Of a stretch of 27,825 nt of DNA, positions 24,921 to 27,825 are shown piece after piece. The stretch's first letter is position 1, and every line of letters begins with the position of its first letter. The translations under genes and the position numbers were made by a program. The DNA is from Planctomycetota bacterium (GTDB lineage Bacteria; Planctomycetota; MHYJ01; WSZJ01): NCBI GenBank assembly GCA_038060895.1, contig JBBTCT010000004.1, positions 1 to 27,825 on the forward strand, read 5' to 3'. The notes beneath the pieces are model-generated. The model saw only the letters and a list, made by a program, of their open reading frames with translations, was not told the DNA's origin and did not search any database.

Positions 24921-26306
24921 TTACCTGAACGCCGCGACGATCGCGGCCACGGCTTCCTCGTCCTCGCCGTCCTGCATCGTTCGCGGATCGAGCAGCACGC
25001 GGCCCTTGTGCACGCGCGCGAAAACGGGAGGCTCGCCGAGGCGCAGGCGCGTAATCAGCACGTCGGCGCCGCGCGAGCCCGGATCCACCGCGACGACCTT
25101 CGTCTTGAGGTTCTGCCCCGGCGTCGATCCGCCGCCGATCTGCGACTCCTCGTCCCAGACCTCGGAGTCGATCTTCGCCTTCACCAGCGCGCGCGACATC
25201 ACCGTGGCGCGCTTCTCGATCTCCCCCAGCTTCAGGTTCATCATGCGAAGCGTCGGCACGGCGTCCTCGACCGTGTCCGGATTGAGATAGAGCCGGAGCG
25301 TCGCTTCGAGCGCGACAAGCTGCAGCTTGTCGGGGCGGACGGCGCGGAAGAGCGGATGCCTGCGGCAGAGAGCCACGGGTTCGAGCTTGCCGGCGATCAT
25401 CCCGGCCTGCGGTCCGCCAAGAAGCTTGTCTCCTGAGATGCAGGCGAGGTCCGCGCCTTGCGCGACGGAGGCGGCGATCATCGGTTCGGGCGCGATGCCG
25501 TACTTCGCGACGTCGAGAAGCGCGCCGCTTCCGATGTCGTCCATGACGCGCAGGTTGTGTTTCTTCGCGAGCGCGACCAGTTCTTCCAGGGACGGCTCTT
25601 CCACGAATCCGACGACCGCGAAGTTGCTCCGGTGGACGCGCATGAGAAGCGCCGTTTCGGGCGTGATCGCCTTTTCGTAATCCGCGATGCGCGTCTTGTT
25701 CGTGGTTCCGACTTCGACCATCTTGCATCCCGACATTTTCATGACGTCCGGCACGCGGAAGGCCCCGCCGATCTCGACGAGCTGGCCACGCGAGACAATG
25801 ACTTCCTTCCCGGCAGCGAGCGCCGCCAGGCAAAGCATCGTCGCCGCGGCGTTGTTGTTCACGACGGTCGCGGCGGGCGCGCCGGTCAGGCGCTCGACAA
25901 GTTTCGCGACGTGGCGCTCGCGGTGCGCGCGCTCCGACGTCTCGAGGTCCACCTCCAGCAGGTTGTACCCGCGGTTCTCCGAGACCAGCGCGTCGAGCGC
26001 CGCCTTCGGCATCACGGCGCGGCCAAGGCCCGTGTGCAGGATAATCCCTGTCGCGTTGATCACGCGGCGCAGGCCGGGACGCGAAGCGCCCGCGAGGATC
26101 GCCCCGGCGCGGGCGAGGATGGCCGGCGCGGTCAGGGCCTCCTCGGAGACGCCGTTCTCGCTCGACTTGATCTGCGCTCGCAGCCCGTCGATGACCCCGC
26201 GAACGGCTTCCGTGACCAATTCGCGGCCGTGGGTTTTCGAGAGCGCGTTTGCCTCGCTGGACTCGAGCAACGCGTTGACTTGCGGCAGCTTCCGGAGGAG
26301 GGACAT
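24921..26306 (-). CDS. selA: L-seryl-tRNA(Sec) selenium transferase
   Basis: RRVINATGIILHTGLGRA, VVNNNAAA, SRGQLVEIGGAFRVPDVM, EVGTTNKT, SGDKLLGGPQAG (PLP Lys). Start MSLLRKLPQV at 26306. Confidence 0.96.
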   Translation of the reverse strand: MSLLRKLPQVNALLESSEANALSKTHGRELVTEAVRGVIDGLRAQIKSSENGVSEEALTAPAILARAGAILAGASRPGLRRVINATGIILHTGLGRAVMPKAALDALVSENRGYNLLEVDLETSERAHRERHVAKLVERLTGAPAATVVNNNAAATMLCLAALAAGKEVIVSRGQLVEIGGAFRVPDVMKMSGCKMVEVGTTNKTRIADYEKAITPETALLMRVHRSNFAVVGFVEEPSLEELVALAKKHNLRVMDDIGSGALLDVAKYGIAPEPMIAASVAQGADLACISGDKLLGGPQAGMIAGKLEPVALCRRHPLFRAVRPDKLQLVALEATLRLYLNPDTVEDAVPTLRMMNLKLGEIEKRATVMSRALVKAKIDSEVWDEESQIGGGSTPGQNLKTKVVAVDPGSRGADVLITRLRLGEPPVFARVHKGRVLLDPRTMQDGEDEEAVAAIVAAFR

Positions 26307-26356
26307 GCGGCTGATTATGCCAAATCCGCCGCAGGGCGGGTCGTCGGGCCGCCTTC

Positions 26357-26857
26357 CTACGACACCGAAGCGTCCACTTTTGGCGGCCGCGAGTCGGTCT
26401 TCGCTGACGCGTAATCGTCCTCCTCGAACGCTTCGTCGTCGCCGAAGAGCTCGACGGGCTTGTAACCCGGCAGCTTCGACTTCTCGAGTTCCTCGCCGAA
26501 CGCTTTGAGAATCGCACCCGCCAGCTCTTCGCGCCCCGCCGCATGAATCGGGTGCGCGACGTCCGCGTACAGCTTCTGCCGCCCCTCCTCCGTCACGATC
26601 TTCCGCTTCGCCGGCAGCCGCCCGCCGCAGTCGTTGCAGAAGCTCGCGCGCAGGTGGTTCTTGCCGCCGCACTTGGGGCAGCGATCGGTGAGTTTCCTTG
26701 ACGGCATCGCGACGAACGGGCCGCGTGAGCCGTCGATGATCTTGATGTCCCGGATGACGAGCGCGTTCTCGAGCGTGATCGAGCAGAACCCGCGCAACTT
26801 GTCGTTCGGACGGCTGACGAGCTTGACCCGCACCTCGGTGATCTGCATGGTGTCCAT
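26357..26857 (-). CDS. spoVG: SpoVG family nucleic-acid-binding protein with Zn-ribbon insertion
   Basis: MQITEVRVKL, VIRDIKIIDG..GPFVAMPSRK, CPKC..CNDC insertion, YADVAHPI. Confidence 0.9.
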   Translation of the reverse strand: MDTMQITEVRVKLVSRPNDKLRGFCSITLENALVIRDIKIIDGSRGPFVAMPSRKLTDRCPKCGGKNHLRASFCNDCGGRLPAKRKIVTEEGRQKLYADVAHPIHAAGREELAGAILKAFGEELEKSKLPGYKPVELFGDDEAFEEDDYASAKTDSRPPKVDASVS

Positions 26858-26878
26858 CCCTTTCGACGGCGGTTCGCG

Positions 26879-27751
26879 CTACCGAGCGCTCGAAGCCGGA
26901 ATCACACGGCCGAGAAGGGACAGCTCCGGGTCCGACGCGAGTTTTTCCGCTTCCGCGCGGGACGAAACCGGCATAAAGACCGTCGATCCGCTCCCGGTCA
27001 CCCTGGCACCGGAAGGCCCGATCCGCTGGGCTGTGGCGAGGACGCGCACGAGGCGCGGCTCCGCGGCGAGCGCGGCGGGTTCGAGGCGGTTAAGGAGCCC
27101 TCCCTCAAGGGCAGCCGGCGTCCCGGCGGGAAGCCGGCTGATGAGAATATTAGAAGAGCGGCGCGGGGCGTTCAAGTCAAAGGTGAAGCGGCGATAGACG
27201 TCGGCGGTGAGGGTGGGGAAGGGGGGAGCGAGGAGGGCGAAGTGGAGCGGCGGGTGCGCGGGAAGCGGGGTGACGATCTCGCCGCGGCCGGTGCAGAGGG
27301 CGGTTCCGCCCTCGAGGAAGAAGTTGACGTCCGAGCCGAGGCGGGCGGCGAGGGAGTGAAGCATGGCGCGAGGTGTGGCGAGGTTCCAGAGGCGGTCCAG
27401 GGCGAGGAGGGTTGCGGCGGCGTCGGCGGAACCGCCGCCGAGGCCGGCGCCGGAGGGGACGCGCTTGGTGAGGGTGATGCGCGCGCCTGCCGATGTTTTT
27501 ATTTCTGAAGCGAAGAGGCGGGCGGCTTTCAGGACGAGGTTTTCCTCGCCGGGAGGCGCGCCGTCGCCCTTCACAACAAGCGACAGTTCGGGCGCGCGTT
27601 CGAAGGTCAGCTCATCCCCGAAATCCAGCTCGTGGAAGACGGACTCAAGCTCGTGAAAGCCATCGGGGCGCTTGCCGACGATTTCAAGAAAGAGGTTGAG
27701 CTTGCAGGTCGCCTGGACGGTCAGGCCGCGAGAATCGCCGGTCAGATGCAT
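26879..27751 (-). CDS. ispE: 4-diphosphocytidyl-2-C-methyl-D-erythritol kinase
   Basis: KLNLFLEIVGKRPDGFHELES, NLVLKAA, KRVPSGAGLGGGSADAA, LGSDVNFF, TGSGSTVF. Confidence 0.96.
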   Translation of the reverse strand: MHLTGDSRGLTVQATCKLNLFLEIVGKRPDGFHELESVFHELDFGDELTFERAPELSLVVKGDGAPPGEENLVLKAARLFASEIKTSAGARITLTKRVPSGAGLGGGSADAAATLLALDRLWNLATPRAMLHSLAARLGSDVNFFLEGGTALCTGRGEIVTPLPAHPPLHFALLAPPFPTLTADVYRRFTFDLNAPRRSSNILISRLPAGTPAALEGGLLNRLEPAALAAEPRLVRVLATAQRIGPSGARVTGSGSTVFMPVSSRAEAEKLASDPELSLLGRVIPASSAR

Positions 27752-27784
27752 GGAGGGAGGCTAACCGAGGTTTGACGGGGGTGG

Positions 27785-27825
27785 GGGAAAAACGGCCGGG
27801 GATGGGGTGACGGCGGGATGGGGAT
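27785..27825. repeat. Second copy (left arm, truncated by window end) of the GGGGAT palindromic element
   Basis: GGGAAAAACGGCCGGGGATGGGGTGACGGCGGGATGGGGAT closely matches both arms of 6131-6290. Confidence 0.75.

Overview
High-GC bacterial window, probably Planctomycetota; that taxonomy is inferred from the Zn-ribbon SpoVG, the HTH-EIIA fusion and the WD40 lipoprotein. The left ~5 kb looks accessory: an XRE controller, a BamHI/OkrAI-family restriction endonuclease with a convergent DNA methyltransferase, and two lipoproteins. The middle holds pckG, an HTH-PTS EIIA protein, STAS, pentapeptide, SulP and TPR genes. The key signal is missed by the ORF track: a lipoprotein thioredoxin (12870-13310, minus strand) whose active site is UxxC. 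It has an in-frame TGA followed by a SECIS-like hairpin and lies head-to-head with tRNA-Sec (13533-13625); selA is ~11 kb away. Converging on selA is an extracytosolic flavinylation/thiol-redox operon (DUF4266-DUF3570-TlpA-ApbE) whose DUF4266 is fused in frame to an MFS transporter. Also present: an alpha/beta hydrolase, a ferredoxin, VF530, an M16 peptidase, uup, spoVG, ispE and several long intergenic inverted repeats, one in two copies. All family calls come from motif recognition by eye; no searches were run.
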